A DNA stretch of 20,324 nt from Myxococcota bacterium (GTDB lineage Bacteria > Myxococcota_A > UBA9160 > UBA4427): NCBI GenBank assembly GCA_036336835.1, contig JAYZFK010000030.1, forward strand, positions 1 to 20,324, in the 5' to 3' direction. The position numbers and the translations under genes are program-made. The notes below the pieces were generated by a model, which was not told the origin of the DNA, ran no database searches, and worked only from the letters and a program-made list of their open reading frames with translations. Numbering within the stretch: the first letter of the stretch is position 1; each line of letters starts with the position of its first letter. Below, piece by piece: positions 1-8,319 of this stretch.

Positions 1-529
1 GGCGGGGTTTGCGCTGCAGTGGGATTGCGTCGATCACCCGAGGGCTTGCCCAGTGCGCCGCGCAGTCGGTGTCGGGCGCGTTGGCGACCTGCAACTGCAG
101 GGTGCCGCGTTTTCCCGCGTGTGCGGACAGGTCGACCGAGATCACCTTGGGCAGGGTTGGCCCTGTCGCGCGATGCAGCTCGCTGTAGAGCGGATCGCTG
201 GTGCCGCCCGTGTCGGCAAAGGCGACGTCGAAGCGGCAGGCGGTGCCCTGGTCGGTGACCGGCCGGAAGAAAAAAAGGGGTCGGGTGGCGAGCTCGAGTG
301 GGAAGCGCAAGATCTGGCCTGACCGGGCCGGAAGGCTTCGAACGGCGCGGCCCTGGGCAGTGTTGAACATCCGGCGCGCCGCCTGGGGCGCGGCCATCCA
401 CAAGTCCACTTGTCGCCAGGCGGTCGCCTCGGGATCTGCGGGGCAGCCGAGCAACGCCGTACAGGCGAGCAGTGCGCCGGCAGCGCAGGTCGTGCGGGGG
501 CCCAGCCCGCACGCGATGTCCTTGCGCAT
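1..529 (-). CDS. Exported protein/lipoprotein, 5' part only (runs off the left edge); possibly the N-terminal extension of a sulfatase-like hydrolase
   Basis: Not in the ORF track because it has no stop in the window. ATG at 529 follows a purine-rich leader (GAGAGGACGTAGGA). Manual translation is open to the edge: MRKDIACGLGPRTTCAAGALLACTALLGCPADPEATAWRQVDLW...ISVDLSAHAGKRGTLQLQV...AHWASPRVIDAIPLQRKPR. Lipobox-like LLAC/LLGC present. The sulfatase guess rests only on recalled similarity of the 'VDLS...G....L.L...W.SPRV' segment. Confidence 0.7.
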   Translation of the reverse strand, partial: MRKDIACGLGPRTTCAAGALLACTALLGCPADPEATAWRQVDLWMAAPQAARRMFNTAQGRAVRSLPARSGQILRFPLELATRPLFFFRPVTDQGTACRFDVAFADTGGTSDPLYSELHRATGPTLPKVISVDLSAHAGKRGTLQLQVANAPDTDCAAHWASPRVIDAIPLQRKPR

Positions 530-570
530 TCCTACGTCCTCTCGTCGCTGGTGCCAGCGTAGTCCAGGCA

Positions 571-602
571 GCCGCGTTCGGGCGCCGCGTTCAGGCGCCG
601 CG
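571..602 (+). repeat. 13-bp tandem repeat, about 2.5 copies
   Basis: GCCGCGTTCGGGC (571-583), GCCGCGTTCAGGC (584-596), GCCGCG (597-602), all intergenic. Confidence 0.6.
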
Positions 603-656
603 CCATCGTCTCCTGGCGACGGCGCGCACACTGGATGCCGGACGGAAGGAGGGAGT

Positions 657-1382
657 TCAGTCGCCGCGCACGCCCGAGCACAGAAAGTTGCGGGTCTGGA
701 TGCCACTGGTGACGGCGCCCTCGAGTCGGTTGACGAGGCGGAGCGTCGCGGCGACCAGGCCCCAGGCCCAGCAGCGCAGCCGTCTGATGAATGTGGTCGG
801 GACCGGCCCACAGGGGCGCGAGGCGATCTGCTCGAAGCCAGCCGCAGCCATCAGCTTCTCGAGCAGCAGCGGCGCGTAGCAGTGGAGGTGGGTTGGATCG
901 CCGAAGAAGACGCTGCCCACCCATGGACTGTCGCCGTTGGGCGTCTGGATCACGATCCGTCCGCCGGGTCGCAGGGCGCGATGCGAGCGCTCGAGCAGTT
1001 CCCAGGCCTGTTGGCGCGTCAGGTGCTCGAAGACATCGAGCACGACGATCAAGCCAAACTCCCCCGCGCGATCCGCCAGGAACTCGACGGCGCCGATCTC
1101 GTGGACCTCATGTCCGAGCTGGCGGGCGAGCGCCACCTGCGAGGGGCTCTTGTCGATGCCCGTGACGTTCGGGTAGCCGCGCTGCTCGAGCGCGCTGAGC
1201 AGCCAGCCAGAGCCGCAGCCCACCTCGAGGATCGGGGTGGTGACGTCATCGGGCAGCCAGCCGTGCAGATAGTGATCGTAGACGGCGGCGCGTTGGCTCA
1301 CCTCTGCGGGCGTCGGCGGCTCCGGACGGTCCTGTTGGCGCGTAGCGTAGTCGCGCAGCCACGCGGCCTCGAAGTCGCTCAC
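657..1382 (-). CDS. Class I SAM-dependent methyltransferase
   Basis: Motif I ILEVGCGSG, GIDKS, DVFEHL, LRPGGRIVIQTPN and DPTH, typical of glycan-cluster methyltransferases. The GTG start overlaps the upstream TGA (GTGA), implying translational coupling. Confidence 0.92.
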   Translation of the reverse strand: MSDFEAAWLRDYATRQQDRPEPPTPAEVSQRAAVYDHYLHGWLPDDVTTPILEVGCGSGWLLSALEQRGYPNVTGIDKSPSQVALARQLGHEVHEIGAVEFLADRAGEFGLIVVLDVFEHLTRQQAWELLERSHRALRPGGRIVIQTPNGDSPWVGSVFFGDPTHLHCYAPLLLEKLMAAAGFEQIASRPCGPVPTTFIRRLRCWAWGLVAATLRLVNRLEGAVTSGIQTRNFLCSGVRGD

Positions 1383-2116
1383 GAGCGGGGTCCTCCGCCC
1401 GGGTCGGCCGACGGGGCGTCGGGGATGCGTCCCGTCCCGCGTCGCGCGATGCGCTGGAGGCCGGGCAGCCAGCGTCCGCGGAGCGACAGCTGGCAGCGAT
1501 CGGCGGTGCTGAGCGGCAGCAGGCGCCGATTCACGAAGAGCACGTCGCCGAAGGTCCAGAAGCTGTTGACGAAGACGTGGAAGCCGATCGATCGCATGCG
1601 GCTCAGCACCCGGCGAACCATCACCGCCGAGATGCCCGCAGACGGCTTGAAATCGTGGAACTCGACCGTCAGCTGGGGGATCGTCGAGAGCAGCGGCTCG
1701 GGGGCCGAGTCCAGGATCCCCACCTCGGCGCCTTCGACGTCCATCTTCAGCAGGTCGATCGGGCCGACGCGCTCCGCGAGTGCCGCGAGCGTCGTCCCGG
1801 AGACCGCGGTCGTGTGCTCATCCGGCCGGCTCACGATCGAGGAGGACTCGCTGTTGCACGGGTCGACGCGGAAGAGCAGCTCGCCGCCCGCTTCGCTCAC
1901 TGCGGTCCGGTAGACCTCGACGCCCTGGATCGTCTCGAGCGCTCGTGCAAGAGACGGCGTCGGCTCGACCGAGTGGATGCGACAGCCCCAGCGCTGCTGC
2001 ACGCTCCGAGCAAACGCCCCGTGGTTCGCGCCGAGGTCGAGCACGTTCGACGTGCGCGACAGGCCCGACCCCAGGAAGGTGTGTCCCGAGATTCGGGTCA
2101 GCTCCAGGCGGCGCAC
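1379..2116 (-). CDS. FkbM-family methyltransferase
   Basis: VLDLGANHG, SVEP, IDLLKMDVEGAE and QLTVEFH are FkbM/Methyltransf_21 motifs. Start placed at GTG 2116 behind GAGGAG, which overlaps the upstream gene's TGA. The ORF track start (2224) would overlap the upstream gene. Confidence 0.9.
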   Translation of the reverse strand: MRRLELTRISGHTFLGSGLSRTSNVLDLGANHGAFARSVQQRWGCRIHSVEPTPSLARALETIQGVEVYRTAVSEAGGELLFRVDPCNSESSSIVSRPDEHTTAVSGTTLAALAERVGPIDLLKMDVEGAEVGILDSAPEPLLSTIPQLTVEFHDFKPSAGISAVMVRRVLSRMRSIGFHVFVNSFWTFGDVLFVNRRLLPLSTADRCQLSLRGRWLPGLQRIARRGTGRIPDAPSADPGGGPRS

Positions 2117-2126
2117 GCCGAGCTCC

Positions 2127-2693
2127 TCATTCCGTCGAACCTGTCGGCTCTGGCTCATCCCCCGCCTCCAGGCGATTGCCGATGCATTGGCCCGGGACCC
2201 CCGCCATGATCGACCCGGGCGCAACGTCTCGCGAGATCACGGTGCCGGCGGCGAGTACGCTGCCCCGGCCGATCGTGACGCCGTCGAGGACTACGCAGTG
2301 GCAGCCCAGCCAGACGTCGTCGTCGATCGTGATTCCGCCCTTCGAGTAGGTGCCCTGTTCGCGCATCGGGATGTCGGTCCGCTCGTAGCGGTGGTTGCCT
2401 GCGAACAGCGCGCAGTGGGAGGCAATCATCACATCGTCGCCGATCGAGACTCCGCCTTCTCCGTAGATGACCACGTACTGGTTCACGGTCGTATTGCGGC
2501 CGATCTGGATGCTCCCTCCACCGGGCACCAGCATTGCGCCGGCCCGGATGATGGTCGAGTCTCCGAGCGAAATCCGTCCGCCGCGCGCTGGAAAGGCGCG
2601 CGGATCGAACTGGACGCCGCGGCCCACGGTCAGGTCGCGGTTGATCAGCCGAAAGAATGCAGCGGTCGCCGTGTGTACCAGGCCCATTGACAT
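2127..2693 (-). CDS. Hexapeptide-repeat (left-handed beta-helix) O-acyltransferase, maltose/galactoside acetyltransferase-like
   Basis: Repeats ISLGDSTII, IQIGRNTTV, VSIGDDVMI, then NH and ITIDDDVWLG...VLDGVTIGRGSVLAAGTVISRDV...AGVPG. Start ATG 2693 (alternative 2687). Confidence 0.92.
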   Translation of the reverse strand: MSMGLVHTATAAFFRLINRDLTVGRGVQFDPRAFPARGGRISLGDSTIIRAGAMLVPGGGSIQIGRNTTVNQYVVIYGEGGVSIGDDVMIASHCALFAGNHRYERTDIPMREQGTYSKGGITIDDDVWLGCHCVVLDGVTIGRGSVLAAGTVISRDVAPGSIMAGVPGQCIGNRLEAGDEPEPTGSTE

Positions 2694-2852
2694 CGATTCT
2701 CTGCGCACCGGTGAAGTGAGGTGCGGCTCGCTGGCTCCGCCCAGCGGCTCCGTACGCAGAGTCGCACAGGCGCCCCGGGGTCTCGACCATCTTTCGCGCG
2801 CCTCGGACCTGAGCCCGAGGTCTGCGCGTGGCTGGGCGCCTCGAGCCGTCCG

Positions 2853-4097
2853 ATGACGCCGCCGTCGGTCAAGGTGGTCCAGCTGGGAGCTCGTCGGCAC
2901 TACGCCGTCCCGCGGATCCTCCACGCCGCGGGCATGCTCGACATGCTCTACGTCGACACCTGCGCCGCCAAGGGAATTCCCTGGCTGCTCGGCCGGATTC
3001 TACCGGGCCTGCGGACCGGCCCGCTCCGTCGGCTGCTGGACCGGGTGCCGGAGGACATTCCGGCATCGCGGATTCGCGCCTTCGACTCCTTCGGTCTCCA
3101 GTTCTTCGTCCGGCAGCGCTTCGAGCGCAATCCGGCCGACGAGGCCCGCACGTTCGTGTGGGCCGGCCGCAAGCTGTGCGAGCACGCGATCCGCAGCTTC
3201 GACGAGGGCCCCGGCTCTGCGAGCTCGGGTGCGGACGTCTACTACGGCTATCACGGGTCCGCGTTGGAGCTCCTTCGCTATGCGCGCGAGCGTGGCAAGA
3301 CCGGGATCGTCGATCAGTGCATCGCGCCCTATCGGATCGCCCGCGAGCTGATCCGAGACGAGAGCGAGCGCCATCCCGAGTGGGCCGTGACCGCCGAGAG
3401 CGGAGAGGCCGGCGTTCGCTATGCGGATCGCGAAGAGGAGGAATGGCGCGAGGCGAGCCTGGTCCTGTGCGGATCCGAGTTCGTGCGCGACGGCGTGATC
3501 GCGCGGGGTGGCCCCGTCGATCGCCTCGCCGTCGTCGCCTATGGCACCGATCCGCAGTTCGCGGCGGCCCGTCGGCCGCGCCCGCACGGCGGCCCTCTGC
3601 GGGTGCTGACCATCGGCGAGGTGGGCGTTCGCAAGGGCTCCCCCTACGTGCTCGAAGCCGCGAAGCAGATGGGCGCGCGCGCCGTGTTCCGGATGGTTGG
3701 CGCCATCGGGGTCGGACCTCGGATCGAGCGCGACTTGCGGGAGCACGTCGAGCTCACGGGTGTGGTTCCGCGCTCCGAGGTGCTCGACCACTACGCCTGG
3801 GCCGACGTCTTGCTGCTGCCCTCGCTGTGCGAAGGTTCGGCGGGCGCGACCTACGAGGCCCTGGCCGCGGGTCTCCCCGTGATCACCACGACTCACACCG
3901 GAAGTCTGGTGCGAGACGGCGAGGACGGCTTCCTCGTCCCGATTCGCGACGCCGAATCCATTGTCGAGCGTCTCGGCCGCCTGATCGAGGCCCCCGAGCT
4001 TCACCGCCAGCTGTCGCGCGGGGCCGAAGCTCGCCTGGAAGAAGTCACCATCCCCGGCTATGCGGACCGGCTGATCGCCAGGCTCGTCGGCGATTAG
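2853..4097 (+). CDS. Glycosyltransferase family 4 (GT-B fold)
   Basis: N-terminal QLGARRHYAVP, RKG motif, and E-X7-E motif LPSLCEGSAGATYEALAAGLPVITT, followed by VRDGEDGFLVP. Start ATG 2853 chosen by domain start; no strong SD. Confidence 0.92.
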   Translation: MTPPSVKVVQLGARRHYAVPRILHAAGMLDMLYVDTCAAKGIPWLLGRILPGLRTGPLRRLLDRVPEDIPASRIRAFDSFGLQFFVRQRFERNPADEARTFVWAGRKLCEHAIRSFDEGPGSASSGADVYYGYHGSALELLRYARERGKTGIVDQCIAPYRIARELIRDESERHPEWAVTAESGEAGVRYADREEEEWREASLVLCGSEFVRDGVIARGGPVDRLAVVAYGTDPQFAAARRPRPHGGPLRVLTIGEVGVRKGSPYVLEAAKQMGARAVFRMVGAIGVGPRIERDLREHVELTGVVPRSEVLDHYAWADVLLLPSLCEGSAGATYEALAAGLPVITTTHTGSLVRDGEDGFLVPIRDAESIVERLGRLIEAPELHRQLSRGAEARLEEVTIPGYADRLIARLVGD

Positions 4098-5281
4098 CTG
4101 GCGCGGCGCGCGACCTCGTCGTCGAGCAGGGTCTGGATCTCGGCCTTCGAGTAGCCGGCCTCGTCCAGGATTCCCTCGGTGTGCTCGCCGAGTCGCGGGG
4201 CCGGGATCCAGCGCGCCGCGGGCGTATCGCTGAGCTGGGCCGCGAAGCCGACCCCGCGCATGCGCCCTCCGGCCGGAAGCGGGTACTCCACGAACAGATC
4301 CTGGGCCCTCACCTGCTCGTCTTCGATCACTTCGGGTAGATCGAGCACCGGACCGCCGGGCACGCCGGCGTCGCGCAGGACCTTCACCCACTCGTCGCGC
4401 GTTCGTTGGGCGAACTCCGCAGCGAGCGCGTCCCGAAGTTCCTGGTCGCTCTCGGCCCAGTTGGTCGGATCCCCAAAGCGCGGATTCTCGGCGAGGTCGG
4501 GCCGTCCGAGTGCCTCGCAGAGCATCGGGAAGAAGCGCGGGTGGAGCAGGCTGATCACGATCCACTTCTGGTCGCTCGTCCGGTACCAGGTCGAGAGCGC
4601 CATGCCGTCGCGGTGGCCGACGTTGATCAGCTCGTTCTGGTTCAGGTAGGCGCCAAAGCCGAGCCGCTGGAAGGCGATCTGTGACTGCAGGAGCGAGGTC
4701 ACCACCCGCTGCCCCCGGCCCGTGCGCTCGCGTGCGAACAGCGCCAGGGCGATGGCGTTGACGGTGTCCTTGGCGGCGATCAGGTCGCCACTTGGCGACA
4801 GCGGGCGGCGCGGCTCTCCCTCGGCGCGGCCGGTCGCGACCAGCAGGCCCGAGCGCCCGCCCGCAACGATGTCGAAGGCCGGCTCGTCGACGTCTGGCCC
4901 CGCGACGCCGTAGGCCGTGGCGGTCACGTGGATCAGTCTCGGGTGCCGTGCCGCGAGCATCGGGTACTCGAGCCCGAGCCGTGTCAGCAACTTCTGGCGG
5001 AAATTCACGACCAGTACGTCGGCCTCGGCGACCAGCCGTTGGAGGATCTCGACCGTTGCCTCCTGCCGCAGATCGAGCGCCAGCCCGCGCTTGTTGCGGT
5101 TCAGGGCCTCGAAGGTGGTCGAAAAGCCGCTTGGCGAGCGCCCGAAGTTGCGCAGCGGATCGCCAGCCAGCGGCTCGACCTTGACGACGTCGGCACCCAT
5201 GTCCGCCAGCTCGAGCGTCGCCGCCGGCCCCTGGATGTAGGAGGTCATGTCGACGACGCGGATTCCCTCCAGGGCTCCCAT
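4094..5281 (-). CDS. Family III (CaiB/BaiF) CoA-transferase, single domain
   Basis: ALEGIRVVDMT..IQGP, LADMGADVVKVEP..GDPLR, NRNKRGLALDL, catalytic-Asp segment PSGDLIAA, C-terminal APRLGEHT. SD GGGAGAGG before ATG 5281. Confidence 0.93.
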   Translation of the reverse strand: MGALEGIRVVDMTSYIQGPAATLELADMGADVVKVEPLAGDPLRNFGRSPSGFSTTFEALNRNKRGLALDLRQEATVEILQRLVAEADVLVVNFRQKLLTRLGLEYPMLAARHPRLIHVTATAYGVAGPDVDEPAFDIVAGGRSGLLVATGRAEGEPRRPLSPSGDLIAAKDTVNAIALALFARERTGRGQRVVTSLLQSQIAFQRLGFGAYLNQNELINVGHRDGMALSTWYRTSDQKWIVISLLHPRFFPMLCEALGRPDLAENPRFGDPTNWAESDQELRDALAAEFAQRTRDEWVKVLRDAGVPGGPVLDLPEVIEDEQVRAQDLFVEYPLPAGGRMRGVGFAAQLSDTPAARWIPAPRLGEHTEGILDEAGYSKAEIQTLLDDEVARRAS

Positions 5282-5301
5282 CTTCCTCTCCCAGTTGCTG
5301 T

Positions 5302-5313
5302 TCATAGTATGAT
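5302..5313. promoter_or_regulatory. Palindromic site carrying overlapping -10-like hexamers on both strands (candidate bidirectional promoter or operator)
   Basis: TCATA-G-TATGA perfect inverted repeat (5302-5312). TATGAT on + (5308-5313) and TACTAT on - (5309-5304), in the 51-bp gap between divergent genes. Confidence 0.55.
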
Positions 5314-5332
5314 CGCTCACAGGAGAACCAGC

Positions 5333-6802
5333 ATGACCGATTTCTTTCGCGAAGAGCGTCTTCTCATCGATGGTGAGCTCGTCCCGGCGTCGGGCGGCAA
5401 GACCTACGACAACATCAACCCGGCCACCGAGGAGGTGATCGGTGTTGCCGCCGATGCCTCGCCCGACGATATCGACCGCGCGATCGTGGCGGCTCGCCGA
5501 GCCTTCGACGAGACCGACTGGTCGCGCGACCACGCACTGCGCGCACGCTGTCTGCGTCAGCTCCAGGAGGCCTTCCGCGAACATCTGGAGCCCTTGCGAA
5601 CCAGCTATGTGGCCGAGGTCGGCTGCCCGGTGCAGCACACGCCCGGGCCGGGGCTCGAAGTGCCGGTCGAGAGCCTGAGCTACTACGCGGATTTCCTCGA
5701 GAAGTACGCCTGGACGGAGGATCTGGGCGTAGGCGAGTCGATGGGGGCCAAGGCGCACCGCTGGATCGAGCGCGAGCCGGTCGGGGTCGTGGGCGCGATC
5801 ACGGCGTGGAACTTCCCGCACGAGCTCAACCTCAAGAAGTGCGGCTGGGCGCTGGCCGCCGGCTGCACCGTGGTGCTGAAGGGTGCGCCCGCGACTCCGT
5901 GGTGCAATCTGCTGCTCGGCAAGCTGATCCACGAGCAGACGGACATCCCGCCGGGAGTGATCAACATCCTGACCTCGTCGCAGAACGGCATCGGCGAGCT
6001 GATTACCAAGGATCCGCGTGTCGACATGGTCTCGTTCACGGGCTCGACGGCCACCGGGAAGGCCATCTTGCAGGTGACGGCCCCGTTCGTGAAGCGCGTT
6101 GCGCTCGAGCTCGGCGGCAAGTCGGCGCTCATGCTGATGGACGATCTCCCGGGTATCCCGGCCATCGCAGCCGCGGCGGGCAGCAGTGTGTGCATGCACT
6201 CGGGACAAGGCTGCGCGATGTTGTCCCGCGTTCTGGTTCCGAAGCAGCAGCTCGACGAGTGTGCCGAGAAGCTGGTGGAGTCGATGGCCCAGGTGAAGGT
6301 GGGGGACCCGACGGATCCGGAGACGGTGCAGGGGCCCCAGTGCAGCGCCGCCCAGCGTGAACGCGTGCTGGCGCTGATCCAGAAGGGCATCGACGAGGGC
6401 TCGAAGCTGATCTGCGGCGGCGGGACGCCGAAGCACCTTTCGCGTGGCTACTACGTGGAGCCGACCGCGTTCATTGCAGAGTCGCATCACGCCGTCGCCC
6501 AGGAAGAGTTCTTCGGCCCGGTTCAGACGTTGATCGGCTACGAGGACGAGGCCGACGCGATCCGAATCGCCAACGACTCCATCTATGGTCTCTCGGGCGG
6601 GATCTTGTGCGCCGATCACGAGCGTGCCAAGAAGATCGCGAGTCGGGTCCGCACGGGAACGATGATGATCAACGGGGGCATGTGGTACGGCCCGGAGGTT
6701 CCGTTCGGCGGCTACAAGTGCTCGGGCCTGGGCCGTGAGAACGGCACGGCCGGCTTCGAGGAATTTCTGGAGATCAAGGCCCTGGCAGAGCCGGCGGCCT
6801 AG
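5333..6802 (+). CDS. NAD(P)-dependent aldehyde dehydrogenase (resembles the CddD/AldA-like subgroup)
   Basis: ITAWNFP, SFTGST, catalytic Glu in LELGGKS, catalytic Cys in HSGQGCA, QEEFFGPV, PFGGYKCSGLGRE. SD AGGAG before ATG 5333. Confidence 0.95.
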   Translation: MTDFFREERLLIDGELVPASGGKTYDNINPATEEVIGVAADASPDDIDRAIVAARRAFDETDWSRDHALRARCLRQLQEAFREHLEPLRTSYVAEVGCPVQHTPGPGLEVPVESLSYYADFLEKYAWTEDLGVGESMGAKAHRWIEREPVGVVGAITAWNFPHELNLKKCGWALAAGCTVVLKGAPATPWCNLLLGKLIHEQTDIPPGVINILTSSQNGIGELITKDPRVDMVSFTGSTATGKAILQVTAPFVKRVALELGGKSALMLMDDLPGIPAIAAAAGSSVCMHSGQGCAMLSRVLVPKQQLDECAEKLVESMAQVKVGDPTDPETVQGPQCSAAQRERVLALIQKGIDEGSKLICGGGTPKHLSRGYYVEPTAFIAESHHAVAQEEFFGPVQTLIGYEDEADAIRIANDSIYGLSGGILCADHERAKKIASRVRTGTMMINGGMWYGPEVPFGGYKCSGLGRENGTAGFEEFLEIKALAEPAA

Positions 6803-6858
6803 CCCGGTATAGCGCTGCGCGGCCCAGCTCGCTGCGCGCCGCGGCACGAGGCGACAGC

Positions 6859-8316
6859 ATGGACCCGCTTCGCGAATTCATCGACACCGGGTCTCCCCGT
6901 CTATTCATCGGCGGTGAGTGGGTCGCGGCTGCCGACGGCGGTGAACTCGAGGTGCTCGATCCCGCCACCGCGCAGCCGCTGACCGTCGTTGCGAGCGGCG
7001 GCGTGGCCGACGCTCGGGCCGCAGTCGAGGCGGCTTCGGCCGCGGCGCCGGGTTGGGCCGCGACGTCGCCGCAGCAGCGCAGTGAGATCCTGCGCGCCGG
7101 ATTCGAGAGCATGACCGCTCGCGCGGAAGAGATCGCCCGGTTGATCGTCGCCGAGATGGGCAAAGCGTTCTCCGAGGCCCGTGGGGAGGCCATCTACGCG
7201 GCCGAGTTCTTTCGCTGGTACTCGGGCGAGGCCGTTCGCAATGCAGGCGGACTGATGACTGCGCCCGCCGGAGACAAGCGAATCGTGTCGATCCATCAGC
7301 CCGTTGGCGTCGCGCTGCTGATCACGCCGTGGAACTTTCCGGCGGCGATGGCGACGCGCAAGATCGCGCCGGCGCTGGCTGCGGGTTGCACCCTGATCCT
7401 GAAGCCGGCATCCGATACCCCGCTCACCGCTCTGGCGATCGCCGCGCTGCTGCGCGAAGCGGGGCTGCCCGATGGCGTACTCAACGTCATGCCGTCGAAC
7501 CGCTCGTCCCAGGTCGTGCCGGTGATCCTGGGGGACGAGCGGGTCCGGCTGGTCTCGTTTACGGGTTCGACGGAGGTCGGGCGTGGCCTGCTCGCGGAAG
7601 CGGCCAGGACGGTCGTCAATACGTCGATGGAGCTGGGCGGAAATGCTCCGTTCCTGGTGTTCGAGGACGCCGACATCGAGGCGGCAGTCGAGGGTGCGAT
7701 GGTTGCGAAGATGCGCAACGGTGGGCAGTCCTGTGTTGCCGCGAATCGCTTCTTCGTCCACGCGGCGGTGGCCGACGAGTTCGCCGGCCGACTCGCCGCC
7801 GCGATGGCGGCGCTCGAGGTCGGCCCTGGGCTGGAGCCGGGCGTCGAACTCGGTCCGCTGATCAATCGGGCCGCTCAGGACGACATGATCGACGTGGTCG
7901 ATGTGGCAACTGGTGCGGGCTCGAAGGTTGCGACCGGAGGGCGTGCGCCCGAGCGCGCCGGATTCTTCTTCGAGCCGACGGTACTGACCGGGGTCGAGCC
8001 CGACGCGCCGATCCTCGAGCGCGAAATCTTCGGCCCGGTCGCGCCGATCGCGGTGTTCGAGACCGAGGGACAGGCAGTGGCGCTCGCCAACAACACGATT
8101 CACGGGCTCGCGAGCTACTTGTACTCGGCGGATCTCTCGCGGGCGATGCGGGTCGCCGAGGCGCTCGAGGCTGGAATGGTCGGTGTCAATCGCGGCCTCA
8201 TCTCGGACCCGGCGGCGCCCTTCGGCGGTGTCAAGCAGTCGGGGATCGGGCGCGAGGGGGCCCACGAGGGCATGCTCGAGTTTCTCGAGACCAAGTACAT
8301 CGCGGTCGATTGGTGA
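6859..8316 (+). CDS. gabD: NAD(P)-dependent succinate-semialdehyde dehydrogenase family protein
   Basis: ITPWNFPAAMATRKIAPALAAGCT, MELGGNAPF, KMRNGGQSCVAANR, EIFGPVAP, APFGGVKQSGIGREG..EG..EFLETKYI: GabD/SSADH signature. SD GAGG. Confidence 0.88.
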   Translation: MDPLREFIDTGSPRLFIGGEWVAAADGGELEVLDPATAQPLTVVASGGVADARAAVEAASAAAPGWAATSPQQRSEILRAGFESMTARAEEIARLIVAEMGKAFSEARGEAIYAAEFFRWYSGEAVRNAGGLMTAPAGDKRIVSIHQPVGVALLITPWNFPAAMATRKIAPALAAGCTLILKPASDTPLTALAIAALLREAGLPDGVLNVMPSNRSSQVVPVILGDERVRLVSFTGSTEVGRGLLAEAARTVVNTSMELGGNAPFLVFEDADIEAAVEGAMVAKMRNGGQSCVAANRFFVHAAVADEFAGRLAAAMAALEVGPGLEPGVELGPLINRAAQDDMIDVVDVATGAGSKVATGGRAPERAGFFFEPTVLTGVEPDAPILEREIFGPVAPIAVFETEGQAVALANNTIHGLASYLYSADLSRAMRVAEALEAGMVGVNRGLISDPAAPFGGVKQSGIGREGAHEGMLEFLETKYIAVDW

Positions 8317-8319
8317 GCG

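Noticed and set aside
266..280. A7 run (T TTT TTC on the coding strand) as a phase-variation or -1 frameshift site
   Set aside because: The frame reads through intact (RPLFFFRP), the tract is short, and nothing indicates a second-frame product.
201..1913. 570-aa plus-strand ORF, and similar long shadows (8231-10594, 13050-14726, 14701-16368, 15873-18053, 6901-8265)
   Set aside because: They overlap well-supported genes, show no family motifs, and long stop-free frames are expected at this GC content.
2694..2852. Short hairpins in the acyltransferase/GT4 gap (CGCTGG/CCAGCG, CCTCGG/CCGAGG) and a possible ops/JUMPStart element
   Set aside because: Six-bp GC stems are expected by chance here, and no GGCGGTAG ops core is present.
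4094..6847. 917-aa ORF suggesting a large CoA-transferase fusion
   Set aside because: The first ~520 aa are the antisense shadow of the ALDH gene. The CaiB domain starts at ATG 5281 with its own SD.
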